DNA of 64,000 nt, taken from positions 405,618 through 469,617 of IMG/VR virus record IMGVR_UViG_3300028840_006907; one strand, written 5' to 3'. Shown here piece after piece: positions 1 to 11,800 of the stretch (position 1 is the stretch's first letter; each line of letters begins with the position of its first letter). This DNA is from a virus. The notes beneath the pieces were generated by a model. It saw only the letters and a program-made list of their open reading frames with translations, had not been told where the DNA came from and made no database searches. A program made the translations under genes and the position numbers.

Positions 1-114
1 TCGAAACCTTTATCATCGTCAAATATCGATTTATATGCTTCTGAGAATTTAGTTCCTAAGACAGCATATACTATTATTTATGACCCGTTAACAACAACAA
101 TTAATCAGCCAAGA

Positions 115-630
115 ATGATTTATTTGAAAAATAGATGGAGACAGACTGAGGATTATTTTGAGGTTGTTTATATCACTTTTAAAGGATTTTGTCCAAAATG
201 TGCTGGGTTAGAAGTAATTGATGATGTCCAATATGATATTAGAGGTCATTTAAAGCAAATCAGAAATGAAAATCTTTTACTTCAAAATTTGGAAAAATTT
301 ACTGTTACTGAAATTCAGAGTAATGCTTTCCACACATTTATAGGAACTTCTTTAACAAAACTTTTGGGGCAAAGAATAACGGATGTCTCTTTTATATCAT
401 CGAAAGTTACTCAGGAAATAAATAGTACTCTTGAGGTTTTAAAAAGTCTACAGGATCAGTATGTCTCTACAGGTCGTGTTACTACGGATGGAGAGCTTTT
501 TGATACTATTGAAAGTGTTCGGGTCCGGTTTGATGAGAGTGATCCTACTATTTTAAGAACGGATGTAACTGTTTTGGCCAAATCAGGTCAGAATGTGGAT
601 TTTACACAATATTTGCAATTACCAGTATAG
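115..630 (+). CDS. hypothetical protein (171 aa)
   Basis: Track ORF, co-directional with and 10 nt upstream of the next large gene; no recognisable motif. Confidence 0.5.
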   Translation: MIYLKNRWRQTEDYFEVVYITFKGFCPKCAGLEVIDDVQYDIRGHLKQIRNENLLLQNLEKFTVTEIQSNAFHTFIGTSLTKLLGQRITDVSFISSKVTQEINSTLEVLKSLQDQYVSTGRVTTDGELFDTIESVRVRFDESDPTILRTDVTVLAKSGQNVDFTQYLQLPV

Positions 631-640
631 GATTTGAAAA

Positions 641-3600
641 ATGGCAATACCAGCTCCAGAAATACTTCTTCCTACAGGTGGGATGGATTATGCAACAGAT
701 ATAGCCACACAGACTTTATCTGGTACAACTTCTGCTGATACTCAAGAGATCCAGATAAATGGGTCAGTTCATGGTGTATCATATACTGCAGGAGAAACTA
801 TTTGGTCCTGGACAGGTACTTTGACTTTAGGTAGTAATGTAATCAATATAATAGCAATTGAGAAAGTCACAAGTTTGCCTAGTCCTGCTACTACGATTAC
901 TATAACATTAATTCCACCTGAAGATGAGGTGATTACGGTTAGTTCTCCTACTGGAGTACAGACATTACGTTATCAAGATAAAATCGAAATAAAGAATGTT
1001 CAGAATCCTGAACCCAATACAATAGGGTATAATTACTATGTTAGTACACAAAGTGGTGGGATAGATGGAGTTTATGCGAAAATCAATACTGATTACATAA
1101 CTGAATATACTTCATACGAAGATAAAGCAACTCTCATAAATACAGTTACTGATACAACTGGTAATATACGTGTGACAGTTACAACTGAACAAATAACCAG
1201 AGAATATTATTATTCGGTCTTTTTTGATCAGGAACGTTATACTGAATTAGTAGAAGCTGAACTATTACCAGCAGTATCTTTTAATCAGAATACTCCATTC
1301 TTTTTTGTTGTTACAGCTATAATATATGATCCAGTTCTTGGACAGGTAACTGAAAGTGCCAATTCGATTGAACTTCAGAGTTCTCCTGTTACTATTACGA
1401 CAGGAATAAGAACACTCCCTGCTAGAACTCAGAATGATATTATCCTTACTTTTAGTCAAGATCTTTTATTATCAAATACTGGGACTGATACAAAGCCAGG
1501 TACAGTGGTAAGAGATATGATGGATCCCATCTCGGAGGAGATGGCTAGAGTTTATGTAATTCAGGATTTTCTCGCTCGATCTCTATCAGTTAGTTCATTA
1601 TTGGATTTTGATGATGCTGATGGAGATGGTGAGAGTGATGCAGTAGAGGATTCCATTCCGAAAAAAGCTTTACAACTTGCTCTTATGCTTACTGATCCTG
1701 ACGATGTCCAGGCAGTTATTGATGCTCAATTTGATAAACTGGCTTCTAATGCTGATACAACAAGAAGATCTGCAACATATGCAGTGGGAGAGGTTACATT
1801 TTTTGTCACCGAAGCTCCTATAAGGGATATGGTAGTAAATGAGGGTGCTATAGTTTCTACTTTAGGTGATTTGGATAGTGGTATCCAGGCACAATCTTAT
1901 AGAACATTAGCTACAAAGATATTAGATTATGAAACTCGTGAAAGATTTTATAATTCGACAACAGGACGCTATGAGATGAGTCTTGATGTTGAGGCATTAA
2001 ATGTAGGTGAAGAAGGGAATACAGATTCTTATACAGTTAAAGTAGTTTCTTCAGGGGCCGATTCAAATTTTCAGGTAGAAAATCCTAATCCTATAAGTTT
2101 TGGTGAAGATATAGAATCAAATTATAATTTAGCCACTAGGATAATGTTGGCATTTTTTGCTGATACCGGTACTGAGGGAGGTTATGCTAAAATAGCTGCC
2201 AGTGTCTCTGGTGTAAGAAGAACTCGTATCGAAAAAGCCGGTGATCCACTAATGATCAGAGACTATGATCCTATAAGAGAAAAACATGTTGGTGGAAAGG
2301 TGGATGTTTATATCCAAGGATCAAGATCGAGACAAGTAACTGATCAGATAGCTTTTTCATTTGAAAGTATAGTATCGAGCCAAGGGGCTCAATCGGAAGA
2401 ACAATTCCTTGTGATAAATGCAGTGGCCTTTCAGTTTAAGACCACGAATCCCCGGGTAACATCACATACCCCCATCTTTGAAGTAAGTCGAGTATATAAT
2501 GCAACGAGAGCACAGGAATATGATATTTCTGGATACCAAATCATAGGTGATGGTAATACTGTTGATCTTGATGAAACTAAAGCTCAGAATGCTGCTATAG
2601 GTTTAGCTGCTACAGATGTAATAAAAGTCGATTACAAATTTAGGAGTTCGGATACTTTTGTTCTACAGAATCAACCTGTAAATGATATTGTCTCTATTGT
2701 GGGTCAATTATCTGGTACATTAACTTCTGATAACTGGGATTTAGTTACACTTGAAGATCCTTTGGCAGAAGGCCGGTCTACAATAGCACAAGATAGTGTG
2801 AGAATAAAATTTGCAAATAATTTACCTCTTACAGGTTTTCAAACAATTACTGATGAGGTTCATGTAATGATTTTGGGTAAAAATGAACCTCTTGATTTTT
2901 TAGGGGCTGACCCTACTTCTATTGTAGTTAAAAATTTGGCTAAGACTGTTACTTATGTATTAAATGTGGATTACAGAATCGATCCTGGTACTGATACTGA
3001 GGCTACTGAAATTATTATGATAGAATCAGGTAGTATCAGTAATGGAGAGCAGGTTTTAATAAATTATGTAGCAATTGAAAATTTTATTATAACTTATACA
3101 ACGAATGAGTTATTAGAAACTGTTCAAGATGAATTGGATGAATATAAGCATGCCTGTGCTGATGCCATAGCAAAACAGGCCATAGAAAATGGTGTTGATT
3201 TTGCTTTTACTGTGGTACCGAAATCTAATGTGGTAGATTTTAACACATTGACTTCTCAGATTACAACCTCGATAGCAAATTTTATAAGTCAATTGGATAT
3301 AGGTGTCTCACTTACTCAAAGTGATGTGGATAATCAAATAAGAAAAGTTGATGATGTAGATTATGTTGTCCTTCCGTTTACTCGTATGGTAAAATCTGAT
3401 GGCTCTCAGATTGTACGAGATGATATAGGTCAAGTACAATTTGAAGTATATAATGATGGTGTTACAAGATCTTATATAACTTCAGCAACGGTCCTTTCTT
3501 ATAATACTATTGATAAGGGTGGTGATGAGAATAAATTTAGAGGAGTATTTGAGAACACAGTTGCACTTATTTTACAGGATGATCCTCTTGATGTTTCGGG

Positions 3601-3814
3601 AGGTGCAGGACGTGCCTATATCCAGAGTGATGGAAAAATAATCGTAAGTACTATTGATGGTCAGTTACCTGATACGAAAAATTATGAAGTAGCATATTAT
3701 GTGGAAGGGGAAACTGGTTCTGAAGATATTAATGTAGCAGCAGTTGAGTCTTTAAAAATTGGGACTCTAACAATTGCTTATGATACACCACGAGAACAAC
3801 TTCCTTCGTTATAA
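641..3814 (+). CDS. large Thr/Ser/Asn-rich protein, putative virion structural protein (1057 aa)
   Basis: Long uninterrupted ORF; composition typical of phage fibre/baseplate proteins; functional call is inference only. Confidence 0.55.
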   Translation: MAIPAPEILLPTGGMDYATDIATQTLSGTTSADTQEIQINGSVHGVSYTAGETIWSWTGTLTLGSNVINIIAIEKVTSLPSPATTITITLIPPEDEVITVSSPTGVQTLRYQDKIEIKNVQNPEPNTIGYNYYVSTQSGGIDGVYAKINTDYITEYTSYEDKATLINTVTDTTGNIRVTVTTEQITREYYYSVFFDQERYTELVEAELLPAVSFNQNTPFFFVVTAIIYDPVLGQVTESANSIELQSSPVTITTGIRTLPARTQNDIILTFSQDLLLSNTGTDTKPGTVVRDMMDPISEEMARVYVIQDFLARSLSVSSLLDFDDADGDGESDAVEDSIPKKALQLALMLTDPDDVQAVIDAQFDKLASNADTTRRSATYAVGEVTFFVTEAPIRDMVVNEGAIVSTLGDLDSGIQAQSYRTLATKILDYETRERFYNSTTGRYEMSLDVEALNVGEEGNTDSYTVKVVSSGADSNFQVENPNPISFGEDIESNYNLATRIMLAFFADTGTEGGYAKIAASVSGVRRTRIEKAGDPLMIRDYDPIREKHVGGKVDVYIQGSRSRQVTDQIAFSFESIVSSQGAQSEEQFLVINAVAFQFKTTNPRVTSHTPIFEVSRVYNATRAQEYDISGYQIIGDGNTVDLDETKAQNAAIGLAATDVIKVDYKFRSSDTFVLQNQPVNDIVSIVGQLSGTLTSDNWDLVTLEDPLAEGRSTIAQDSVRIKFANNLPLTGFQTITDEVHVMILGKNEPLDFLGADPTSIVVKNLAKTVTYVLNVDYRIDPGTDTEATEIIMIESGSISNGEQVLINYVAIENFIITYTTNELLETVQDELDEYKHACADAIAKQAIENGVDFAFTVVPKSNVVDFNTLTSQITTSIANFISQLDIGVSLTQSDVDNQIRKVDDVDYVVLPFTRMVKSDGSQIVRDDIGQVQFEVYNDGVTRSYITSATVLSYNTIDKGGDENKFRGVFENTVALILQDDPLDVSGGAGRAYIQSDGKIIVSTIDGQLPDTKNYEVAYYVEGETGSEDINVAAVESLKIGTLTIAYDTPREQLPSL

Positions 3815-3826
3815 GGAGCTTTATGT

Positions 3827-6800
3827 ATGGCTGAGAATTTAGGAACGGGTGTTTCTTTTGTTGATGAGAGTAATGGGTATAATTATGATAAAGTTGTTTT
3901 CCAAAAACAAAAGCCACCTTTAGATACTGAATTAAATCTTGCTCAAGAGATACAAAATTTACTGGCAAAAAGACATATAAAAGGAATGCCTTCTGGTTGG
4001 TTAAATATAGAGGACTTTTATACAAGTTCATTATTAGAAAACCAATTTTATACCCAAGATCCGGACACAGCTATTCCAGAATATGCTGTTGTGAATGGTA
4101 TGGTTCTTTATGTGACTAACACTGGTACTTCTGAAACAAATTCAAATTTGATCACTCTTACTGATCCTCCTACCTCAGGTAATCTTGTTAATGGTGTAAT
4201 CCTAGAAGTATGGAGAGCTTTATTAGATACAGAAACCGATAATAACAGACCTGATTCAACAGTGGTTATAGATTCGTTAATGGCTATTGATGCCGTTACT
4301 GAAAATAGTGCCTGGACAGTCGGGGAAAATGGGCTTATTCTAGCTACTGAAAATGGTGGTCAAACATGGTCGGTTCAATTAATTGATACAAAAAAGAAAT
4401 TAAATGATGTTCATTTTATAAATACAACAGTAGGTTGGGTAGCCGGTGATAATGGTGCCATAGGTAGAACTTCATCTGGTGGTGTAACTTGGCTCGTATT
4501 ACAGAGTGGCTATACTGAGAATTTCAATGGGATTCATGCAGCTACACATCTAATTGCTTGGGTTGCTGGTGATGGTGGTATTATTCTTAAAACCGTCAAT
4601 GGAGTTAACTGGTCGGCTCAAAATAGTAATGTTACAGCAAATCTTAATGATATTTATTTCTATGATAGTTTAGTAGGATGGGCAGTAGGAGATAATGGTA
4701 CTATAATAAAAACCACTGATGGTGGATCCAATTGGATAACATTAACAAGTGGTACCACAGAAAATTTAAACGCTGTCTTTTTCTATGATTTAAATTTTGG
4801 TTTTGCTGTTGGTGATAATGGTACAATTTTAAGATCATCTGATGGTGGGCTGTCCTGGGTTGATCAATCTGGTAACATATACACTGGTTCTGGTTATACA
4901 AGTCTTTCAGTGAATTACACTGATGTCACAATGGCCCCTTCTCTTGATATCCACGTGACCAATGAAGAGGTAACTTCCCAATTTACAGGTTCAAATAAAA
5001 ATTGTACTGTAGTGAATGTTCCTATGACTAAAGGTGATGGGTTAGGTACAACAACGAATAGCCCTGCTGATGTCGATGGTGAGGGTAATTTAAGTACTGT
5101 TGTAACTGTAAATGGTACTTCTGTTCTTATAGATAGCATTGATGGAACTACAGGTCAAATTATTCTTAATCAGGCTCCTCAAGCATGTGATACAGTCCTT
5201 GTCTCTTATTGGCATAAAGTCAGCCCTGATATTTTTACGGGTAGGGCATGGATTACAGGGGCATCTGGAACAGTGTTGATGAGTCCAGACATTGGTGCTA
5301 ATTGGAATCAACAAACTCCAAATACCAGCTATGATTTAAATGGTGTAAGTTTTGTTGATCAAAATAAGGGATGGGTAGCTGGAGCATTTTCAGTGATGCG
5401 ACATACTGAAGATGGTGGTACTACATGGACTACTCAAATCAGTGATACCGTTTCTCGAAGGGTGCAACGGGTTTATAATGAAGGTAATGTAGATACTGTT
5501 ATCTTTTTGGATGATGAAATGATCCATCCTGACACAAACATAGAAACGACAAAAAGAGTTCAAATTCAATATAAAATAAGAGTTATAGAAAATGTTGATC
5601 CCTTTTCATATCCGGATGCGGGGCTAGGCTCAGCGGGTATTGTGGCTCTAGGGCCAAATGCTACAGGATCATTTGCTTATCAGAACATGGGTTCTACGAC
5701 AGGTGATTATGGTTTATGGCAAGCGAAATGCTCTAATACAGTAGATGGGTACGCATGGGCTATCCCAATGTTTTTTGTCAATAGAAGAAATAGCACTACT
5801 TTTAATGCTGCCAATAATACAAATGGTTCTAATGCTAAAGGTACTTCAAATATCCGACCTGATCTTTTGACCGGTGTTGATGTTGTAGATCAGGATATTC
5901 TTGATGTCAGGAGACAAATATTTATCCCTTCAGTGACTGAATTACTAAATAGTAGTTTTGATGCCCTTATGAATAATCAGTTAAAAACTCGATTTTTCAG
6001 ACAAACCACTGGTGGTGATAGTTATTCTGTTGAGCCTTTACAATTGGATTATATCGCGCATGGTTCTGGTACTGAAATTGATGCTACATTGAGCGAGGCT
6101 GTTTCGGGACAAGTCACATCAATTACAACAACGAGTACAATATCTCAAAGTGTTCCTGCATCTACTTCTTTACCTTTTGATGTGACATTAAGTATTCCAG
6201 TAGGAACTCGGGGATTATTTCATCCTAATTCTATTTATTATACAGCTCGTTATGTAAGTAATAGTGCCACATATGATGGGAAACCTATTCCGGGAGAATT
6301 TACTGGTATAGGTACAAATTCAGTAACGTTTAATTTTAGTGCAAAAGTAAACACTACAAATGAAGACACTAATTTAGTCAGTTATGATATTGTGGCTCAT
6401 TATGTAATATTTAGTCCTAAGTCATTGAGTAAAATTCCTTCTACTCCTCAGCTAGTAGAAAATACAGGAACGGTAAGTGAACCTTCTTTTTTCTATAGAG
6501 GAGTATTTACCAGTGAAACTTCTGGTAGAAAGATTGAAGAATGGGATTCAGGTATTTCAGGATATCCGAGTTATACTCTAGCCTATCCTGTTATAGAGGC
6601 AGGAAGTACTGCACAGGAAGCCCGAGCTTCTTCGATTGAGGTACATTTATATATAAGACTAACTAGTACTGAAATACAAAGTATTAATCAGATTAAGATA
6701 AGTCAGGAAGTTTATCCTGATGTTGCAGATACGACTTCTTATTATAATCTTTACTGTGTCAGTGAAATAAATAATATCACTTCTGGTTTTAGTTTTAAGA

Positions 6801-7903
6801 TAGATGATATTGTAATCACAGATGCCATTTATATTGACAGTGCTTCTGGTTTCCCCTTTATCGAAGGTAATGTCATTGAAATTGTGGGTATGGCATTGGC
6901 AGCTACCGGTAATTCTTATACCAGAAATGGTGCAAGTGTTAATTTTACTCAGGGTGAGAAAAAAATAAGCCCATTTGCTTATTCATCTCGTTTAAAAATA
7001 ACTTCATTTCCTCCTGGGTCTATATCAAGTGTTCAGTTTACTAGCCTCGATGCTGATAGTGGTCAAATCTCCACAGCTTCTGGGGTATTTCTTGGTATAA
7101 GTACAACAGAAACTGTGAATAGTTTAACTGATCATTTTGCTTGGGTTGATGTTGGAGCGGGAGATGTTCTTACTCCAGTAACAGTGACAGGATTTAATAC
7201 CACGACTTTAACAGTAAATTTCGCTACTCCTATATCACCAACTAGTGTCAAGATACAGGCTTTAATAAAACAGGCTAATTTAATTTATGGCACTGATGCT
7301 GATGATGGATTACAGATAGCTTATAATTTTATTCCGAGTCAAACTCCTACAAATCTTCCTTCCAGTTTAATAGTAGGGATGGTTACTAATCCTACAAGTA
7401 TTTATATATCAAATTTAGGTACTGGAGGCAGTCTTGTAGATAAGGAACCTTATAGTTTCCCTATTGATAGTATCCCTGTAAATAATAGCTCTATTATTGA
7501 TGATAATGAATTTTATAATTTAGATCTATTTAGATTTTCTAATTTCTCAGTAGATAGTGGGTTTGTTCAGATGCCTACTATTGTTCCTGGTTCTTTTGGG
7601 GAAGAGTTAACTTTTTCAAGTTTAACTACTGATGAGTTGTTACGTACTTTTTATAGTACATGTGATACAGAATTTGCCTTCAGAACAGAAGGTATAAAAA
7701 TTGGAATACCGAGAAAGATATTTATCGCTACTATAGGAAGAGTAAAAGAGAACTCTACTCAATTATTACGAGGTGAATATGTTCTTATAATAATTTCCAG
7801 AGATAGCCTTACTGATTTAGAAAATTACACAGGTTGTGAAACAGGAAGTGGTAATGTTATCGGGATCTACCGATTACCGAATAAGCCATTGGTAAGAAAG
7901 TAA
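3827..7903 (+). CDS. giant putative structural protein with embedded BNR/Asp-box beta-propeller (1358 aa); paralogue of 13823..16876
   Basis: AAGGAG RBS upstream; seven S/T-x-D-G-G-x-x-W-like repeats (GGQTWS, GGVTWL, GVNWS, GGSNWI, GGLSWV, GANWN, GGTTWT); shared blocks with the 13823 ORF (VVFQKQKPPL, LEVWR, RVQIQYKIR, YAWAIPMF, DILDVRR). Confidence 0.7.
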   Translation: MAENLGTGVSFVDESNGYNYDKVVFQKQKPPLDTELNLAQEIQNLLAKRHIKGMPSGWLNIEDFYTSSLLENQFYTQDPDTAIPEYAVVNGMVLYVTNTGTSETNSNLITLTDPPTSGNLVNGVILEVWRALLDTETDNNRPDSTVVIDSLMAIDAVTENSAWTVGENGLILATENGGQTWSVQLIDTKKKLNDVHFINTTVGWVAGDNGAIGRTSSGGVTWLVLQSGYTENFNGIHAATHLIAWVAGDGGIILKTVNGVNWSAQNSNVTANLNDIYFYDSLVGWAVGDNGTIIKTTDGGSNWITLTSGTTENLNAVFFYDLNFGFAVGDNGTILRSSDGGLSWVDQSGNIYTGSGYTSLSVNYTDVTMAPSLDIHVTNEEVTSQFTGSNKNCTVVNVPMTKGDGLGTTTNSPADVDGEGNLSTVVTVNGTSVLIDSIDGTTGQIILNQAPQACDTVLVSYWHKVSPDIFTGRAWITGASGTVLMSPDIGANWNQQTPNTSYDLNGVSFVDQNKGWVAGAFSVMRHTEDGGTTWTTQISDTVSRRVQRVYNEGNVDTVIFLDDEMIHPDTNIETTKRVQIQYKIRVIENVDPFSYPDAGLGSAGIVALGPNATGSFAYQNMGSTTGDYGLWQAKCSNTVDGYAWAIPMFFVNRRNSTTFNAANNTNGSNAKGTSNIRPDLLTGVDVVDQDILDVRRQIFIPSVTELLNSSFDALMNNQLKTRFFRQTTGGDSYSVEPLQLDYIAHGSGTEIDATLSEAVSGQVTSITTTSTISQSVPASTSLPFDVTLSIPVGTRGLFHPNSIYYTARYVSNSATYDGKPIPGEFTGIGTNSVTFNFSAKVNTTNEDTNLVSYDIVAHYVIFSPKSLSKIPSTPQLVENTGTVSEPSFFYRGVFTSETSGRKIEEWDSGISGYPSYTLAYPVIEAGSTAQEARASSIEVHLYIRLTSTEIQSINQIKISQEVYPDVADTTSYYNLYCVSEINNITSGFSFKIDDIVITDAIYIDSASGFPFIEGNVIEIVGMALAATGNSYTRNGASVNFTQGEKKISPFAYSSRLKITSFPPGSISSVQFTSLDADSGQISTASGVFLGISTTETVNSLTDHFAWVDVGAGDVLTPVTVTGFNTTTLTVNFATPISPTSVKIQALIKQANLIYGTDADDGLQIAYNFIPSQTPTNLPSSLIVGMVTNPTSIYISNLGTGGSLVDKEPYSFPIDSIPVNNSSIIDDNEFYNLDLFRFSNFSVDSGFVQMPTIVPGSFGEELTFSSLTTDELLRTFYSTCDTEFAFRTEGIKIGIPRKIFIATIGRVKENSTQLLRGEYVLIIISRDSLTDLENYTGCETGSGNVIGIYRLPNKPLVRK
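4270..5460 (+). other. BNR (Asp-box) beta-propeller-like domain inserted in the 3827..7903 protein
   Basis: Seven Asp-box-like repeats spaced about 40-60 aa apart; region absent from the paralogue 13823..16876. Boundaries approximate. Confidence 0.55.
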
Positions 7904-7915
7904 AGGATTTTAAAT

Positions 7916-8290
7916 ATGTTAACAACTACAGGATTTAATAATTTTGGATTTGAAGTATCAGATACTACGTTAAGTGTTCTTCCTGGTACTGCCAGAGTTG
8001 GAAGCAAATTATTAAAGTTTGATGGATCACGGGTTTTATTTGACAATATTACCAATTTTGGAGTGGAAACTTTTTCTTATCAGAATACTTTATTATATTT
8101 GCAGAATGTTGGTGACGTAGCTGATATGACTCAATCGAGATCTGATGTTACCAGTTCAGCATTATCAATAGATATCCCTGCTCTTCCTACTAATGCCAGT
8201 GGCCATTATGCTGATGAATATCCTTTGGGACTCTTTACCTTTTACAAAGATGCATCGGATGTAAGTTTGTATAAATATAACCAGATTTAA
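7916..8290 (+). CDS. hypothetical protein (124 aa)
   Basis: Track ORF immediately downstream of the giant gene; no motif recognised. Confidence 0.45.
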   Translation: MLTTTGFNNFGFEVSDTTLSVLPGTARVGSKLLKFDGSRVLFDNITNFGVETFSYQNTLLYLQNVGDVADMTQSRSDVTSSALSIDIPALPTNASGHYADEYPLGLFTFYKDASDVSLYKYNQI

Positions 8291-8682
8291 TATTTACTTA
8301 AAAGATCTTTTTTAAAATCAGGAATTTTCTGGGTTATAGTAGGCAATAATTCTTTTATTATTGTACTGTTTAATTGCTGTAATTTCTCACAATATTCATT
8401 TTGAGCATCCAGAACAGTTTCAGTACATTCATCTTTTAGTGCCTTTTCTTTTTCATGATGTAATTGTTTTAATTCTTCTACAGCTTTATTGAAACTGTTT
8501 TCAAAACGTACTTTCATTTTAATTGCTAAACTTTCTAAGGATTTCTCTACAAAAGCATTAATAATTTCTTCGTAATCGTCATCCTCACCAAAACATTCCT
8601 TTATTTGATCACATACAAATTCTTTTTCATTTTTTATGACTTCATCAAGCCAACCATCATCAAAAGGTCTTGAGTATTCCAT
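8287..8682 (-). CDS. hypothetical acidic protein (131 aa), lone reverse-strand gene
   Basis: Track ORF; stop overlaps the stop of 7916..8290; AT-rich 188-bp divergent region upstream. Confidence 0.5.
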   Translation of the reverse strand: MEYSRPFDDGWLDEVIKNEKEFVCDQIKECFGEDDDYEEIINAFVEKSLESLAIKMKVRFENSFNKAVEELKQLHHEKEKALKDECTETVLDAQNEYCEKLQQLNSTIIKELLPTITQKIPDFKKDLLSKY

Positions 8683-8870
8683 TTATATTTTCCTTTTTGT
8701 TAATATTATTTATATATTTTTTATAATATATTATTAGATTTACCATTGAGCAAGAGAAAAAACATTTTAAACCAATCAAATACTTCAGTAAAAAGAATAA
8801 TACCTCGCGAAGGCCATCTTTAATAAAAATTTATCAATTATAATTTTCTTTTAATACTTGAGATATATTT

Positions 8871-11800
8871 ATGACTCAAATATATCTACCAGATTCAGAA
8901 GAACTCGGAAGACGCCGATTCCATGATGCTAAAAGTGATCGTCGTAATTTAAAAAATCTCGCTGAGCAACGTCTCCTTGAGATGCGAACGTTATTGCCTT
9001 CTAATTACCCTAAAGATCCCTATAGTAGTAATCTTGCTTTATTCCATCGTTTTAATGCTCGGGAGCTGTCTCGAATAAGAATCTCTAATGATGATATATC
9101 AAGAGATTCTCAATACACTACGACAAGACCAGAGTATCTTCATCAGATTCTTGGTGAGAGGCTTTTTTTAGGCAATAGAATAGCTCCTCTTGGTTACAAT
9201 GACCAGACATATAGAGAATTTTTAATAGCGATTAAAAACACTTATTTGCGGGGATCGCGGGTTGATGATATTGAAGCATTAGCCAGTCAGTTTACAGGTC
9301 AGGAAGTTATCATAAAAGAGTTGTATAGGGAATTAAGGAATCCTGATACATCTCTTGATGTCACTGACACAAATTACATGGTTGTTGAAGCATTGATACC
9401 TGGTCAATTACCTGCTGGTTATAATATAACTTCATTATTAAATGATTTAGATTTTTACATTAATTTAGTGCGGCCAGCGCATGTTTTATATGATACACGA
9501 TTGATATGGACTGAGACCATTGATGTAAATAAGACAACAGATATCTATTTTGGTGATACCGGTGGTGGTTGTGTCCCTCTTTATATTTTTGACCCTTTTG
9601 ATGAAACAACGCTTATGGCGTTGCAGGTATTTGTCCTTCCTACTAGTGAAGGAGCAACAGGTCGAATAGATTCCATTCATCATTGGGATTACCTTTTTTA
9701 TTTGGAAGATGGCACCAGAGTATTAACTGAACCAGGTACTCAGGGAACACAGATTTTTGATGTAAATGGTCGTCAGATTAGTTTTAGCTCTCTTGAAATA
9801 GGTGATCATGTAAAAATAAATTATCAAATTATACCTGGTAATTTTCAATTCTGGTGGTATCCTGTAGGTTTGTTTCCTACATGGAGTTCACAGTTCTATA
9901 GAGATTATTACAGACTTCCCATATTCCAGGAATATGTAAAAAAACATATGGATTCTAAGGGGAGATTTCCTCTTCAGATAAGAACAACTGAAACGACCGT
10001 TTGTGATCGTTGGGTAACAGATGCTCTTCAGCCTTATTATGAAGATTTAAGAACAAATTGTTCCAGTGGAAGTGTCCAGTCTAAAGATTATTCTTCTACT
10101 CTTAACATCAGAATGGGAAGTGGTCATTTTGCCAATCCTTATGGTACAAACCAGACAGCTCTGCCTGGAAATGAATTTGCTTTTTTCATGGAAAACACTC
10201 CCTTAACTGATGGATCGAGTAATCCAGCTACAGTTTCAGATGTTTCTGTGATGTTAGATGGAAGTTCTTTACCTCCTCAACCGGTAGTATATGTCGATGC
10301 TAGTTCCGGGAAAGTGCAATTAAGTGAGGACCATGAATATTGGGATAATACAGCATTAACTTTTCCTATTCCTGGGGAAGAGTTCCAATTTGATTATTCT
10401 TATCTTCAGGATAGTACTAATTATGATACATCATCTATATATGTCTATGGAGTGGGTAGCTGGCAGATGCCAAATGCTCCTCTTGTAGAAGGTGATAGTA
10501 CGGGTATTCTTGCGGATACAAGTGATGTAACATTATCTGTAGATGGTACAGTAATAAGTAATGCAATAACAGATGTAAATGCTTTATTAGGGCATGTAAC
10601 AGTTAATCAACTTTCGAGCTTTTGGAATAGTTCTGAATTAGGACGTTTACCTCAGGTAGGAGATGAGTTTTTATTTAGTTTCTTTTATGGTAAGAAATAT
10701 CAATATTCTTGTCTTTTTGATGAATTGGGTAGAACTTTTGATACTTATATAGGTCCGAATTCAACTTATGGTATTGTTTTCGACGGAGAATTAAACCAAA
10801 ATCCTGAAACAGCTCCTATAACACCAGATGCAACTGCAGTAATAGGTTATCGTTATCGGGGTTATTTATTACATCATAGTTCGGTATTAAATTCTCCTGA
10901 TACGTTACAATTAAATACTTTTCAGAAACCTGCTACTCGTGCTTCTATAATAAATCAGGCTAATACTATAAATCATTTTAATATTTTCTTTTCACCTGAA
11001 TTTCTTTATGATACTACGGCATATGATTATTTAGATGATTCTTATCTTGAAAATGGATTAGACCCGATTCTGAAATTAAATGTAGGTACTCCTCCTTTTC
11101 AAAAGACATGGTCATATCATCCAGGATTGGTTAACAGTAGAAAATTACAAGATATAAGAACAAATCATCGTTTACTACTTTATTCTGATTTACTACTGAA
11201 AGAGTTCCAAGAAGGTAATGAAGACATACCTTTAAGTTCTATATGTGATTCAGAACGGGTAGAATTTAGAATACGTATTGATGGTGATGATATACCGCCT
11301 TTAGAAGAATGTCCTCCGTGGATTTTATTTGATTCTGTTCAGGTCGATGATGTTGAAGTTACAGTCCCGGGATTTTATCAGGGTGTACCAAATGTCAGAG
11401 TACCTGGAATGAATTTACGCGAAAGTTTTATTCTTAGGGAATTGGAATCTACTGGTGTTGGCGAATATACTTATACCTTTAATACTGATAGTAGTGCTAC
11501 TCCTGAATATTACTTACCTGCAACATTTCCATATACGTATAATGGTGATACAATTAGCTTTCCTGCTTTACCTGTTATAGATATTAATGGTAATCCGGCA
11601 ACGATTAGTGATATAGAAGTTAGGGTAAATGGAGTTTTATGGACTGTATTAAGTCTTGATCCAGTGACAGGTTTTGTACAGGTAAGTCCGTATCCGGCTG
11701 GTCCGGCTATTCAAGTAGAGACAAAATATTACATAAACAATGTTGTGACAATGCCTATGGCAAATTGGGATTGGTCTAGGATTCTTGATGACGATGATGT

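Noticed and set aside
1265-1459. Short antisense track ORFs lying inside the giant plus-strand genes (1265..1459, 3729..4031, 4701..4901, 4915..5139, 5090..5314, 9486..9683, 12251..12451, 12527..12757, 14222..14470, 15242..15614).
   Set aside because: Fully embedded opposite long, motif-bearing ORFs; AT-rich DNA yields such shadow ORFs by chance; no ribosome-binding sites noted.
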